From Camelus dromedarius (taxonomy: Eukaryota): 64,000 nt of DNA. Shown here piece after piece: positions 24,500 to 38,212 of the stretch (position 1 is its first letter; every line of letters starts with the position of its first letter). The notes under the pieces were generated by a model. That model made no database searches. It was not told the DNA's origin and worked only from the letters and a program-made list of their open reading frames with translations. The stretch is taken from the NCBI RefSeq assembly GCF_036321535.1, contig NC_087437.1, positions 49,602,001-49,666,000 on the forward strand, read 5' to 3'. Position numbers and translations under genes: made by a program.

Positions 24500-25430
24500 T
24501 GAAGTTCTTTTTTAAACCTTTATAAATTGCAAAAATTCATTTAAAATAATACCAGTGATATATGGAGGGATTCTCTTTAAAATATCCAAATAATACAGAT
24601 AAAGATAAAGGCTCCTGAACTACTACTTTCAAGCCAGATGTACCCGCATTTCTGGTTTGGTGTGTATATGAATACCCTGCCCCCTAACTTGCCTTTTTTT
24701 TTTTTTTTAAAAAACTGTGTAATGTCTTGGAGAATCTTGTATTATTGATAACAGATGTATTTCATCCTTTCTTCACCTCCTCACAGCAGGCTATGGCTGT
24801 ATCATGACTTATTTAACGATTCCTATGTTGATGACATGTAGGTTTTTTCCAATTCTTCGCTAACATAGACAAAGCTGCACTCCTTGGCCGTGTTCTTTTG
24901 TTCAGTGTTTCTCTGGAAATGTAACTGAGAAGTGGAATCTATGGTGGGCACACGCAAATATGTAATAGATGCTGCTGAACTGCCTGTGAAAGTGGATGAA
25001 CCACTTTATATTCCCACTAGTAACGTGTAAGACTATTTGCTTTCCCACAGCCTCAGGACTGAATGTTACCAGATGTGCTACCTTTTGCCAATATGGTGGG
25101 GAAAGAAAAAGGTGTTTCATCCTAATTTGCATTTCCTTGAATACAGATAAGACCAAGCTGCTTTTATGTGTTTACTGGTCATTTTACATTTCCTCTTTCA
25201 TGAATTGCCTGTTCATATCCTCTGCTTGTTTTTAATTTTTAATTGGATTGTTCGCCCTCTTCCTGTTGATTTGTAGTTCGTATATATTGCAGGAGTTAAT
25301 CTTGTGTTACAAAGATTTTCTTCTTAATTATCTTTTTATTTTTTCTGTATTGTCTTTTTATATAGAGCCATTAAAATTTGTGATATAATAAAATTCATAA
25401 CTTTTAATTTAAAAGATTTGAGTTTTGTGT
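24500..25430 (-). mobile_element. Old L1 (L1ME-like)
   Basis: ttttgccaatatggtgggg...ctaatttgcatttccttg...tgaattgcctgttcatatcc matches the antisense ORF2 C-terminal region. Confidence 0.8.
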
Positions 25431-25592
25431 ATTGCAGTTATTTGTTTACATGGCTTCTCTGTACCAAAGATGATGAATTTCTTGCTAGCATATATTTAAT
25501 TCTATTTATTTCTCTGTCTCTAGTGATTAGTACAGTGCCTGGCAAGTATAAGTATTTAATAAATATTTATGAATAAATAAGTGAACAAATAA
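25430..25592 (+). mobile_element. L2 3' end
   Basis: tagtacagtgcctggcaagt...ttaataaatatttatgaataaataagtgaa. Confidence 0.75.
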
Positions 25593-25699
25593 AGACATTC
25601 AAGAGGAATTTCAGATTTATGAACATGCCTACCATAATATGACTTTGACTGGTATGCAGTGAAATTGAGCCTCATGATGGTGTTGTTAGGTGTATTTAA

Positions 25700-26560
25700 A
25701 AGTTACTAAAATCAAAGGATATTGTACCAAGGTTCTATCTCTGACCTCATTCTATTCAACATTTAAAAAAAGAAATAATTTGTTTTTCTTTCTGGATTAC
25801 TTCACTTGGAATGACAATCTCTAGGTCAAATACCATATGATCACTTACATATGGAATCTAAAAAAGAAAAAAGAAGACACTAATGAACTCATCTACAAAA
25901 CAGAAACAGACTTGCAGACATAGTAAACAATCTTATGGTTACCAAGAGGAAAGGGAGGTTGAGATTTGCAAATATTGACTACTAAATATAAAACTAGATA
26001 AAAAAACAAATTTCTTCTGTATAGCACAAGGAACTATATTCAATATCTTGTAATAACCTTTAATAAAAAAGAATATGAAAACAAATATATATATCTATAT
26101 GTATGACTGGGACATTATCCTGTACACCAGAAATTGACAGAACACTGTAAACTGACTATACTTCAACAAAAAAAGAATTAATTTGTGTGAAATCATAGCA
26201 GGTGTATTTGGGAAATTTACAGACTATAAAATATAAATAGCTAATATAACCATGATTAATTCAAAATAATTTTATTGATTGGAATATTAGATGGGGAAGA
26301 AATCTGACAAGATAAAGGTACCCGCTATGTCCTTTCAGTATACATTAAAAAGATCAAGAGATACATCCTTGCTGTCAAGATGCTAGTATGGAATTTTTTG
26401 AACTTAGATATAAGTCTGAGGCAGAAATCCATGCTAGGAGACGCCTTGCTGGGGAACAATTCATGGGAAAAAGATATCAAGGTTTAAGTTGACCACTGCC
26501 TCAATATGTGCAAGTGATGAAAGCTAGATAAAGCTACTCTGACCCAAGCATTTGTGGAAC
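25700..26560 (+). mobile_element. L3/CR1 LINE RT fragment interrupted by an L1
   Basis: caaggttctatctctgacctcattctattcaacattt = QGSISDLILFNIF (CR1 QGSVLGPVLFNIF). After the L1, tttgggaaatttacagactat = FGKFTDY (CR1 LIKFADD). Confidence 0.7.
25784..26167. mobile_element. L1 3' end with short 5' inversion (minus 25784-25826, plus 25827-26167)
   Basis: 19-bp TSD aaaaaaagaa(a/t)taatttgt at 25765-25783 and 26168-26186, at a TT/AAAA target site. Confidence 0.9.
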
Positions 26561-26944
26561 TAAGACACACGTAATACAGAGTGGAAATCCCACTGACTTT
26601 CAAATGTGTCAGATGTGGTAGCTGATAGAATCTGAACCAGGGCATATGGATGCTACCCCAGGGGAAGAGCTCAAGGGAGGCTTTTTGGAAGAGATCATTT
26701 TAACTGGGTCTTTAAGGAGAGAAGAGGTAGGGGGTGGAAGAAAAGGCAAATGGTTGGAGACAGGAAAAGAGGGAATCCAAGGAGCTTCTGTTGAGCCTTC
26801 CCTTGGTAGCATAGGACAGGGTGAAGAAGAAGTAGAAAAAAGGTTGGACTGTTCTTACCTTGGACTCTGGTCTGTCCCCCATTCCTTTCCTGACACCCTG
26901 TGAGTAGCAAAGGCTATGGATGCAGCCAAAAGACAGTGGGTTCA

Positions 26945-27351
26945 GAGCTGGGGGTGACTTGATGACAGGAGGCAGAAATCAACAGTTGAAGGCTCATTCA
27001 CTTACATAGCTTGGTGGTCGATGCTGGCTGGAGCCTGGGAACCTGGCTGGGTCTATTAGCCAGAATGTTTCCACGGGCCTTCTCTGACTGGCTTCTTGGC
27101 TGTCCTTACAGCGTGGTACTCTGCTCCGAGGGTTGAATATTCCAAAAGAACCAGGGGGAAGCTATATCACCTTTTAAGATTAGTGTCACAAGTCACAAAG
27201 CATCACTTCTGCAATAGACAAAAGCCCAAATTTAAGGTAATGGAACATAAATCCCACCTCTTGATAGGAGGAACATTAATACACTGTGACAAGAAAGAGT
27301 GTGGGATGCCAGATGGTGTTGCAGCCATCTTTGGAAAATACTGTCTGCCAG
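26945..27351 (-). mobile_element. Old MaLR LTR (MLT1H/I/J-like)
   Basis: gatgctggctg...aagtcacaaagcatcacttctgc...gcagccatctttggaaaatactgtctgcca. Confidence 0.75.
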
Positions 27352-27459
27352 AATATTTCTCCCATAAAGAGACACTGAAATTTCTATGAGAAACCTGCTG
27401 CCTAAGAGTGATACTCCAGAGAAGCTTGATGTATGAAATATTCCATCATAGAAGATAAT

Positions 27460-27615
27460 GTGAAAATTGGCTTGAGATTGAGGAGGCTTGATTTATGGTT
27501 CCAGTTTTAACATTATGTTACCCTTTGAAATTGGGAACATTATGTAACATCTTCAGGCTTCAGTTTTCTCACCTGTAAATGAGAAGGTGGAACAAGATGA
27601 CTTCTAGTTCTAAAC
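27460..27615 (+). mobile_element. MIR/MIR3 SINE
   Basis: gcttcagttttctcacctgtaaatgag. Confidence 0.65.
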
Positions 27616-29370
27616 ACAGATAAAATAAAACACATTTAGCCCATATATTCCAGATTGCTAGCTTTTTGCATTAACCTGAGGCAGTTTTTGACCCCTAGTC
27701 CAAACAACACATAGATCAAATGATGTTTGATGGCAAGAGACTGGGGTGAGTTCAGTGTCAGAATGACATATTTGTAACTGAGATAGATTTGGAATTTACT
27801 TTGAGAAAGTTTCCAAGTTCTAAGCTCAGGTTTACTGAATTTTTTGAAAAGTCCATGAGATAATCTGGATTAAAAAAAATCGGAGTCTAAATTGATAATT
27901 TAAATTAGCTTAAGTGGTTACAGGTCATATCAGATCAGTTCTTTAACTCAGTTAGCTAGGCTACGAACTTAGATTCTAAGGATCATTCCCATATGATAAA
28001 ATTAGACAATTTATGAGAGAAATGGGCAGCTGAGTTCATACTGACTGCATTTATAGGGTTTTTTCTTTTTTCTCTTTAGTACTCAATTTATCCCAGGCAG
28101 TAAGCAGTATAGCCTGTTTTTCAATTAATACATCGTATGATACTAATGTTGAAATTGAGAAGAACCAGTTAATAATTAAAGTTGGTTCACTCTTTCAATG
28201 AAAAGTGAAGATCATAGACATGACTTTGCCTAAGTAAAAATATTTTATATGTGTACATGCATTTGTGTGTGACACATGGGCATATTTGTTTATATACATA
28301 TATGTGTGTGATGCATGCATATTAATAACATTCTAGAGGATATAAGATAGAAAAGTTGAACATGACACAAAGAAGCAAACTCAAATGGATGATAATACTC
28401 ATTGAAAGCTCAAATTTAAATGTGACTTAAGGAACATCTGCAAGGGTACGATCTATTTGGTAAGCAATCTTGCATAAGGAAATAAAATACATAAAAAGAT
28501 TTGTGGGATTTAAGACACAACTCCCTCCCAGAGTGTGCAAGTGCATGCACATTCACAATTACAGAATAATAGGACTTAATATTAATCCTTTGGTTTCCTT
28601 TTCTCTTTAGTACTAACCTACTGCTATCTTGAGATTTTTTTATTCATGAAGAAAAAATATCTTCATCTGTATGGACCACACTCCCCCCACCAAAGCACAG
28701 TGTAAGATCGGTCCAAAACTAAAGTTGCAGATTTGTATTCTGCGGTAATTAAAAAAGAAACTTCCTATACAGGAGTAGCATGTCCCTGTAGGCATAGTCA
28801 ATTTCCCACAGCAATAGAAGATATAATTATACTGATGTACATCACAGCCAGATGCCTGTGAGGGACTGGCCTTTCACCTTCTGTAATTCACTGAAAGATC
28901 TTATCTTTCTGACAGGTACTGTCAGGCAGAGGAAGGGACTGGGAGGCAGGATATTTTTCTGGTAACTCATTTGCTTGGAGAAAAAAAAACATATTTATTG
29001 CAAATACTCAGAAGCAGTGAAATAATCCAGGTTTAGCAGAAAATTCTCTACTTCTTTTTCTTGGCCAACTTAATAATTGTCCTTGGGTACCCTGCCCTCC
29101 CTCCCTCTCTGCCCCTCAGTTCTCCCATTCTCTTTCTCCCCCATAAAACACTAACTGCTCCTCTGGACCTCATGTTTCCAAAATATTTGTAAAGAAATGT
29201 GTGTATATTTACACATACACTCCCCCCCCCCACCCCACCAAATCCTCATAATGAATCCTTGTTGCCAGCTTTTGCACTTTACATGGTTTGCACAGAAAAA
29301 TCAACACTGGGAGAAGCCAGCATTCTGAGAACGACTTTCTACCCTGAACAGCTCTGACTTACTTTTACAG

Positions 29371-29442
29371 TTGCTTCCTGGTTTGATGCTTTTGTTCAAG
29401 AGATATTTATTTCCTTTTGGACAGAACCACCTAGAGTATAAG
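29371..29442 (+). other. Candidate 72-nt non-coding (5'-UTR) exon
   Basis: Branch-like ctgac plus ttacttttacag acceptor, donor AAG/gttgga, in unique sequence. Confidence 0.5.
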
Positions 29443-30019
29443 GTTGGATGTCTAGAATTGCGTGAGAGTCAAAGCAGCTCCAACGACAGATGGGAGTTGG
29501 TGCTGAAAACCCCAGAAGCTGAAGGAGATGAAGCACCAGCCACCCAACTGGAAATGAAAAGATGCCTGTAGTTTGGTAGTTTCTCTTACCCTCACCCACA
29601 TTCCTTTTATTTTTGTGGCAAAACTTGAAACAAAGCTACAGAAAAAGTGCTTTTCATTTGGTGGGTGGTGGAGGTTCTGACTCAGGCTTTGCAAACATGA
29701 CATTGCTTAAACCCCAAGATGAATGCTCCCGCAGGATTCTGGAGAAACAAAGCTGCCTGCTCCCTTGCGTGGCATCGTTCCCCTCGGGAATTCTGGCCGA
29801 AGATGGGGAGGCGGCTGCACAGGTGCAGGTCTTCTGGAGCAAAAGAATGGAATCGCCAGAGTTCAAAGGGGTTTTGAAATTTAGATCTAGGCTTTCTTGG
29901 TTGTGTTTAGCTTATTTGGGTAACAGGTTTAGGTCTGGGTCTACTAAAGCAAAAATTTCCAACACTCTCATTAATATTTTAAAAATTATTTTAAGAAACT
30001 AGATTATGTTAGTAAAAAA

Positions 30020-30405
30020 TTAGTAACATCCCAGTGCCCAATATATGAGATTATAAAATGTTCATATGATGGAATAGTATATAGCTATTAACAATGATGC
30101 AGTAGAAGATAATGGAAAAGTTTTGTGATGTGTTTCTACGTGAGAAAAACAGATCATGAAACTGTGGTACAATATTATCTCATTTTGGGGAAAAAGGGAA
30201 AGGTAAAGAAGAGAAAAAAGTAGATCCACTAGAAATATTAGAAAATAAATCCCAAAATGTTAAAATGCTAGCATTAGTTATCTATGGGTGGTGGGATTCG
30301 GGAAATTAAATTTTTTTCTTTCTGTTTATTTGAATTTTAAGTTTCAGAGAATGTGTATTACTTTGGTAGTTATAATAAATATAACAACATAATTTAAGAA
30401 AAGAA
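30020..30405 (+). mobile_element. Old L1 (L1ME-like) 3' end
   Basis: tgatggaatagtatatagctatta...tagttatctatgggtggtgggatt. Confidence 0.65.
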
Positions 30406-31539
30406 ATTGATTATATGATGCTCTTAGAGCTTCTCACTTTTGTGCCTGATACTTGGCACCAAACTAATCAAAATAACACAACTTGTGGCATAATTATGGA
30501 GACATCAAATGATAAGTAGTACCCAGACATTCCCTTAGAAAGCCACAGCCTTTTGGCCTGGATATATCGGAACTTGGCATCCATACTCATTCCCAGTCCC
30601 AAGTCCACATCATGATAACAGAGTACGTTGGCTGGATACTGGCATACACATGGGGGTTTGAGGTTTCATAAGCCAAGGTGAAACATTTCATTGTAGAAAG
30701 GAAATGTTTTCATCAAATATATGTAGCTGATAAATGCTCTGAGGATGCAAACATTCCAGCCCAAATGTGGGGGGTAGCCCATTCCCACGTGCAGCCCTGG
30801 TCACGTGCAGCTGTGTTTACGGGAGAGGTGCCTGATCTGGTCCGGTTTCACCGGGATCCCTGACATCTGGAGGGTCAAGTTCATTCTGGAATTTATGTGT
30901 CCAATTTTACCTTTTTGGGAGTGACTCATTATTGCTTTCCTCTCAGTCATGAAGTTTATGAATAGATAAGTAAGCTGGTTGGTTTTCAGAGTTTAACTCG
31001 ATATTTTTTTCTGATTTTGTATGATACAAGATTCTATCCAACACTAAATCAAAGAAGGCTATGATTTCCTACGAGATTGCTCCTGAGCCACAGAATTTAA
31101 GCTACTTGAAAAAATCTGAGACTCAGCCTTTGTTGAAGAAGTGAGACCCAGATGTCAGAGGGTGGGAATCTCTTTAGGTAAATGATCTTTCAAAGGATAC
31201 CAGGGCACCTCAAAGCCTGGGTTGGGTTAAAGTGCCTCACCCAAATGTCTTGACCAGTCTTGGCTGGAGGAATCCGTCTCCTTGAGGCGAGCCTTAAGCA
31301 GGCACTTTAGAGACAGGCCCCTGGAGTAAGGGTTAGGAGGCAGACTTGGTTCAAGCCCTGGCTCAGCCACTTTTTAAAAGGGACTCCAGACAGAACATGA
31401 ATCTCTCTGAGCCTTTGTGTCCAAATAGCTATGGATACACCCTTGCCATTTCTCCAGGGTGGCTGTGAAAAATTAAGTAAAATAATGCCAGTGTTTTCAT
31501 AGCCTTACAGCTATAGTCAAATGAAAAATATTTCAGTGG

Positions 31540-31990
31540 ATATTTATTTCCTTTAATTGTGAAAAATAGAATAGTTAAAAAAATTTCAAATTATGTATCA
31601 TATCTTATTAACACATTTTTAATTTTTGCATATTATTTCTGGTCATTAAACACATACCAACATTTTACAGATTTGAAATCATATTCAGATACCATTTTAT
31701 ATTTCACATTTGTAGTTTAACATTTTAGTATTAACATGGTTCTGGGTAGCTGCATTATCTTTATAATTATTGTTTGTTATAACCATAGTTAAACATTGAA
31801 GTGATTACACTTTTACATATGAAACTGCCACAAACATCTTTGTGCGTGAATTATTTCCTTAGAATAAATTCCCAGGGGTGTGATGACTGGGTGAAAATAT
31901 ATGGGCATTTTTATGGCTCTTAATAGATTTTGCCATATTGCTTTCCAAAGGCTTATAACAATGAACCTGACACCAGCAATGAATGTGTGT
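31540..31990 (-). mobile_element. Old L1 (L1ME-like)
   Basis: ttccttagaataaattcccagggg...ttgccatattgctttccaaagg. Confidence 0.65.
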
Positions 31991-32894
31991 CGTTCAAAGT
32001 GATTATTTTAAATCAATTATTCACTGGCCATATGTGAAGGCATGTCCCATGATCCTTGTCTGCCAGGACCTTCCATTTCTGATTCATTCATTCATAAGAA
32101 ATAAGTGAATCATGCAAGGAGACTGTGTGTGATGAATACACAAAGAGTTCTATCAGATAAGAGTCTAGAAAAGCCAGTGGATTGTTGTTGCATGTAATGC
32201 TTGTTTGTCTGTTCGATTCTACAGATTTGGAGATATTTTTGCAAATTTTCTGGAACATACAGAGAACCAATATATACCGCATTATTTGAATCTTTTAGAA
32301 AAGTGTATGTAGAAATAGGATACTTTTTCTCATCCTTCTTTTCTACTTTTCTCATCCACTCAAAATCTCTTTGTGTTTTGTTTTGTTCTGGGGCTGTCTG
32401 CTAGGTAGGTTATGTTTCAAAAGCATGACTGAATGCTGAGTAGATATTAATATATGTATACTTTCAAACTATGGAATTATAGAGCATCTATCTTTTATGC
32501 AAGTGGATCTTTTAACTTTCAAAGCTCTGTCACGTGTTTTTCTCATTTGAGCCACACAACACTGCATGGGGCAGGTCAAGATGGCCTTATCATTTCAGTT
32601 TGACTGATATGAGGTACAGGGAAACTTGCCTAAGATCGGTCCCCTTGTCAGGGCTTCCTGACTCTTTTTGCCTGATTGTACTGTCTTAAAAAAATACTCT
32701 TTCATAGCAGTACTGTGCTTTTCAACGAGCATTTAAAAAAATATATGGTTATATAGAATTAGCTTGTCTTTTAAAAAGGCTCTCTTACAAAATAGTGTTG
32801 GCTTTTCCTTTACAACAGTAGTGGGATGAAGGGGTCTTTTAGTTAATGTCACAGCCAGGGCTGTCGTATGCTGGCTGGCTGGTAGGGTTGGGTA

Positions 32895-33060
32895 CTTCTT
32901 ACAGTTCTAATCCTCATCCCAACTCTGTGAAGAGGATGGTGTTATTACTCACTGAAAGCGGCAATTCACCGAAGTAAGGAACTTGTCCAGTTTCATACAG
33001 CTAGGAAGTGGCAGAGCTAGGACTTGAACCCAAACTCACCTCAATTTGAATCAAATGATC
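32895..33060 (-). mobile_element. MIR SINE
   Basis: acagctaggaagtggcagagctaggacttgaaccc. Confidence 0.7.
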
Positions 33061-36000
33061 CATACCTCACAATTTTCCTGAAACGTCAATTTTCAACTAA
33101 TTAATATAACATAAACAACTTTTTTTCTTATTATGGAAGAAATATATCTTTACCAAACTGCATTTGGAAATAAAGAAAATTCTATTTATACAACGTGAGG
33201 CTCTGTTTTTTCATGCAGAGTACCTCATCCAAAATATTGTAAAGACATATTTCATTAGCTGTCATCCCAGAGATGAAAGCATGGAGTTTAAGCTTCCAGT
33301 CAGCATTTTTTTGTCCCCTACAAGTCTAGCTTTCTGTAAAGCTTAAAGGTTTAACTCATCAAATCCCAACTACCTGCTTTGTGTATTCTCCAGTTTCCGG
33401 TCTTGTACTTATTTGTTCACTTGGGAAGAAGGCAAACACAACAAAATCAAGCCCTGACTCGGCACAGTAGCTCACAGAGCATCTTAAATCAACACAGCCA
33501 GTGTAACGTGTACTGATTCAAGTAATTATTTTTGTCTCTAGCATTTCACATTGTCTCTACTACCAAAACTTCCTGATACTCAGACGTGGAACAATGGGAG
33601 GCCCAGATGTTTATTGGTCTAAGGCTCATCTTCAGCTTATGAAAAGAAGATGTGAAAATTTCCAGTCTTGTCTCTTAGACCTCCAGGTCACACCCTTTCT
33701 TTTGACTACATTAAAGTGGTAGCAGAAAGCATTCCTCGAGACACAATAGAGCAACTTAGCAGCCACCCCAGGACTGAAGTTGGTATTAGGTTACCCTTCT
33801 GCATTTATTTTTTCATATCCTACCTGTTTACAGGAAAGTTGGGACAAGGTCAGGGAAAGTGCGTAATTGTTATCAGCTTGCTGAGGCCACACCTGAATGA
33901 AAAGTTGGTGCTGAAACAAGATTGAACTTGAGTGTTACTTGGAACTGAAAACAGCAAACATCACCGTAGAAATGAGATGGCCTCAGAGAGTTGTTTTAAA
34001 GAGGACCAAAGCCCAACCTGAGCAATTAATTTCAGTTTGGCTGGCATTACCTGTGGGCCTATTACATGCAGCTCTTTGTGCTACACAGTCCCGGGTGTGT
34101 CCGTACAGCCCAGACTGGCTGCAGCTGAGCGTCCCAGCACTTAACAGCTCAGGTCCTGGCTGTACACACACTCATAGAATACTCCTTGTTATCACCCTGA
34201 TTACGATCTGAAATATATCCGCTCCAGTTCTAGGAAACAAATTCCGGATAGCAAAAGATTGAGAGCACATAATTAACTTATATCCTGTTCCGTCCCCTGA
34301 TCCTGGAGAAATACAGATCTTCTTTAACGTTTTGCTCATATTCTAGCTGCTGGCATGCTGACTCTTTTAATGAAATTCATATCTGGTCTAAGGAGCCATC
34401 ATTAGATGAAAATTATTACCGAGCCAACTCTCAGATGATTTTGAGAACCTCCAGAATTAATTATGTTTAGAGACACTGCAAGCTACATTGGGTCAATCTG
34501 TTTTGTCTCATTTCAGTTAAATTGAATTTAGTGAACATTCATTGCATTCCTACTGTGTGCCAAGCACTGTGGTTACAAAAATGAATGGGATGTGGTTTTG
34601 CCCTAAGGAGATCTTGATCTAGCAAGTTTTGAAGTCTCTCATCCTCCCTTACTTCTCTTGCAGCCATATTCTATTCCTCTCACCCCCCACTTTTTTTGGG
34701 GGGGGGGTGAGGGGCTGTTTCTCTTCCTTACACCCCATGTGAGTGGGTTTTCTTCCTTCTGCTGTGGATAAACAGCAGGCCCCGTTCCTAACTCTGCTGT
34801 AGTCTTCCTAGTGGGAGGACGATAGCTGCTTTGGAAGGATGAGGCTGTGCATCTGGATTGGGAAATGAAGTTAGTTGTCATCATGAGAGAAGTGGAGCCT
34901 ACAGCTTGGTGAACCATGGACTTGTCGGGGAAAAAACCATTATGCTGTGTTTTTCTGAGTTATGGGGAAAAAAGTGGCTGTGATTTGAATTTCCCTCAAG
35001 CATTTGTAGGAAAGGAAGACAACATGCAGAAGACTCCAGTCTTTTCATTCCTGTCTCCCATTTAGAAGATTCCCCAAGTCATCACAGACCATTTGCTGGC
35101 CTGGCGAAGGATGGCTTTCAGAAGTTTTAATTGACAATTTGGCCTGGGTTTTTCGGTTTAGATCTACAGATGAGAGTCTACATTTTGAGGCATAATTCAA
35201 AATGAGCAATTTGCCTTGAAAACAGGCATAGTTTCCAGCTTCCTATGACTAATGGCACAGAAAGGGAGTCTAGTAATCACATAATTAATTCCCTATTACC
35301 AAGAAATCATTTTCAGAGTCCATGAGATGTGGTTAGCAATAGCTTCAGTGGTTCTGCACCAACAACCTACACTTTGGAGGCCCACATGTGAAGACAAAGG
35401 CCCAGTTTTCAATGACAGAGCTGTGGGGAATTCTTCTAACTGGAGGACAAAGCTCGGTGGAACTCATTCTCTTTGTATTTTGTTTAGAATCCAACTCTTG
35501 GATTAGAGTCAGGAAAAAACGTCCTCGAGGATTTGTAAACTTGTCACAGATCTTCGGCCCTTCTCGAGTTCGTATTCTTGTCTAGATTCCTTGCTGAGTT
35601 TGAGAATTTGATGGATCGTGCGTCATCTGTAAAGTTTTCTCAGCTTGTTATACTATAAAACATGATTCCAGAAAGATTGGGCTACTTTATTTTGTTTTAA
35701 AAAAGAAATAAGCTAAAGGAAGTAACTGAGCAGTATTTATACATTTGAAAATAATTCCTGAGATATCTGGGATTTTAATAGGAGAAACTCAAGTGATTCT
35801 GTATAACAAGGAAACTTAAGAGGATTTTTTTCTATCTATTGTTAACCTTTAGAAGATTAGCTACAAGTTGTTAATGTTTGAAGCTGAGTGATGGATATTT
35901 GAGAGTTTCTAATCTCTAATTTATGTTTGAAATATTCTATAATAAAAACTTAAATATAAAATTTTAAAGAAAAAAGAGGCCAATGAAAAATTAAAAGGAA

Positions 36001-36439
36001 ATTAGACAGAAAGAGAGAGAGAGAAAAAGAAAGAGAGAGTTACTAACCTTTTGCAGTGATGTGGTAAAAATAACATCTCTGGAGCCATTAATTAAGTCAG
36101 TGAAAAATAGTAATAGTTAATAATAATGGTCCCTTATAGACTATTTAATATGTACTTGGATTTAGGAACATTATCACATTTAACCTCCACAACCACCCTT
36201 TGATATATGTACTTATAAATAATATAAAATATATTTTAAAAAATATAAATACCAAGGCCTAGAGAATGTATGTGACTTTCTCTGGGTCATATGTTAATAA
36301 ATGGCATATTATCTGTAACCAGCCCCACAGCACATGGCTATTTGATAATTGTCTCTTAAAGGGTGAAGAAGCTTGGGTGGGAAAGAACCCTTTGTTTAGA
36401 GTTGTGAAGGTACATTTCTGTAAAACTATCCACCAACGT

Positions 36440-36570
36440 GCAGTGGAAACACTTTGGAGGCAGACAGACCCCACCTTGAATCCTGCCTCTGTAGCTTATG
36501 GCTGTGTGACCTCAGGCAGGGCTGAGCATCTCTGGGCCCTAGTTTCCTCATCCATAAAACAGAGCATGTG
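36440..36570 (+). mobile_element. MIR SINE
   Basis: ctgtgtgacctcaggcagg...ctctgggccctagtttcctcatccataaaac. Confidence 0.75.
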
Positions 36571-38059
36571 GTAGGCATTCAACAGAGCAGAGCTGTCATT
36601 TTCTCTGGCCTGTTCTCTTCATGTCTGGCTCTGTTCCAGTGAGAGTCCACACTGTTCCAGCTTTTCATGATAGACAAGGCCATACTGGATGGTCGTCAGA
36701 ACTATTTTAGCAATAAGAAGAGGCTTAAATGCTGACCTCACCTTATATTAATAGAATTTGGAGTCTGAGTCTACTTGAAATTTACTTCATCAGCCTGACC
36801 TCTGAACCTTTTTTTTTAAACCACACACAGGGATATTTTTATAATTGCTTGTGAGATGACAATGAATCATCTTGTTACTACTGAGTCATCTCTCCAGGAC
36901 TAGAAGAAAGATGAGTAAGGGCTCATCAGAGCGGATCCCAGCATTCCTCAGAAGTCTGGAAATTCTTTGGATTGATTTGATTATTTTCCTATTCTTCCTA
37001 AGAGACAGAGATGGTCTTAAAGACCTAATGGCATAGTCGAGGTTACCTGCTCAGAGACTAAATGTGCTTAGACTTACTGTTCTAATGGGTAAAAAAAATA
37101 GAACATTGGTTAAATCAGTGAAAAACCAGATTAGCCACACAAGTTGCCTGAAAGAAATAACTAATTTAATTAAAACCATAACTCAGTAACCCCTATAGAC
37201 CAGACCAAGGATAGTAAAATTAACTTATTCTTCTTAAATGGGTCATACTACGTGCTGAATTGATTGATAAGAACTTGGAAAAGAAGAGCATATGAAAGAC
37301 GAGGATGAGAGTTTCTAAGTGCATCCTGGGCGTATCTACAGCATGAATCCCTTGACTTTTCTTCCTCTACTGCTACCCCATCCCTGCCTCCGTCCCCCAC
37401 CGCTAATTAAATGGACAGTATTACTTGACTATGCGCTCTTACATATCTAACCATACAAAGGTTCTCCTCAAAATTGTCCTTAGAGGTATAGAATAACTCA
37501 TTGCTGTGAAACAAAAATGTTCATGTGCTTTGCTGGACTGACTTTCTCCCCACATAAAGAAAGCAGTACCATTTCCAAGTGTTGCAGTTCATTTAGGCTC
37601 CAAAAGTTGGTTTACCGTAACGTGGTCATGGCCAATGATAATAGGTCAAGTACTTAGTTAAGTCTGGGATGTCCCAGGTAAAGAAGCAGAGGAAAGAATT
37701 TTTTCATTTTAAACAGATTTTTTTTTTTTTTTACCTATAGGAAGCCTTTCATATTCTAAATGATTTATATTATAAACCAGCCTTTTATGTCCATCTTCAC
37801 TGTCAGACATTGACAGGGTAGTAAAGGAGACAAAGTATTATCAAGTAAAAGTAAATGGTGCCTCTTAAACATTATTCAGCTATTTTAAAGGTTTAATCTC
37901 TCTGAGAACGGAGCCTTTTAACTGCTTTGCAGAAACCACTCTATAGTAAGGTAAATTAACTACCTAATATATTTTGTGTTTGCTATGTGATTTAGTAGTT
38001 TTTTTCTTGATCAAATTCCTTTTCATGTCACTGTGAGTTATGTCAGAATAATTACTTTA

Positions 38060-38212
38060 TATTTTAAAAAAATTTTATTAAGTAAAAAAATGGGGGGGGG
38101 GGTTGCTGGAATTAGGTTCATTTATTGATTTATTTTGATGGAGGTACTGGGGATTGAAGCCAGGACCTTGTGCATGCTAAGCCCTCACTCTACCATGAGC
38201 TGTACCCTCCCC
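38060..38212 (-). mobile_element. Vic-1-type SINE
   Basis: Reverse tRNA-like head. 17-bp TSD tcagaataatt(a/t)cttta at 38043-38059 and 38216-38232. Confidence 0.92.

Noticed and set aside
37597..37950. Several splice-like signals (donors at 37677 and 37950, acceptor at 37740)
   Set aside because: I could not pair them into a convincing exon, and such signals are common in introns.
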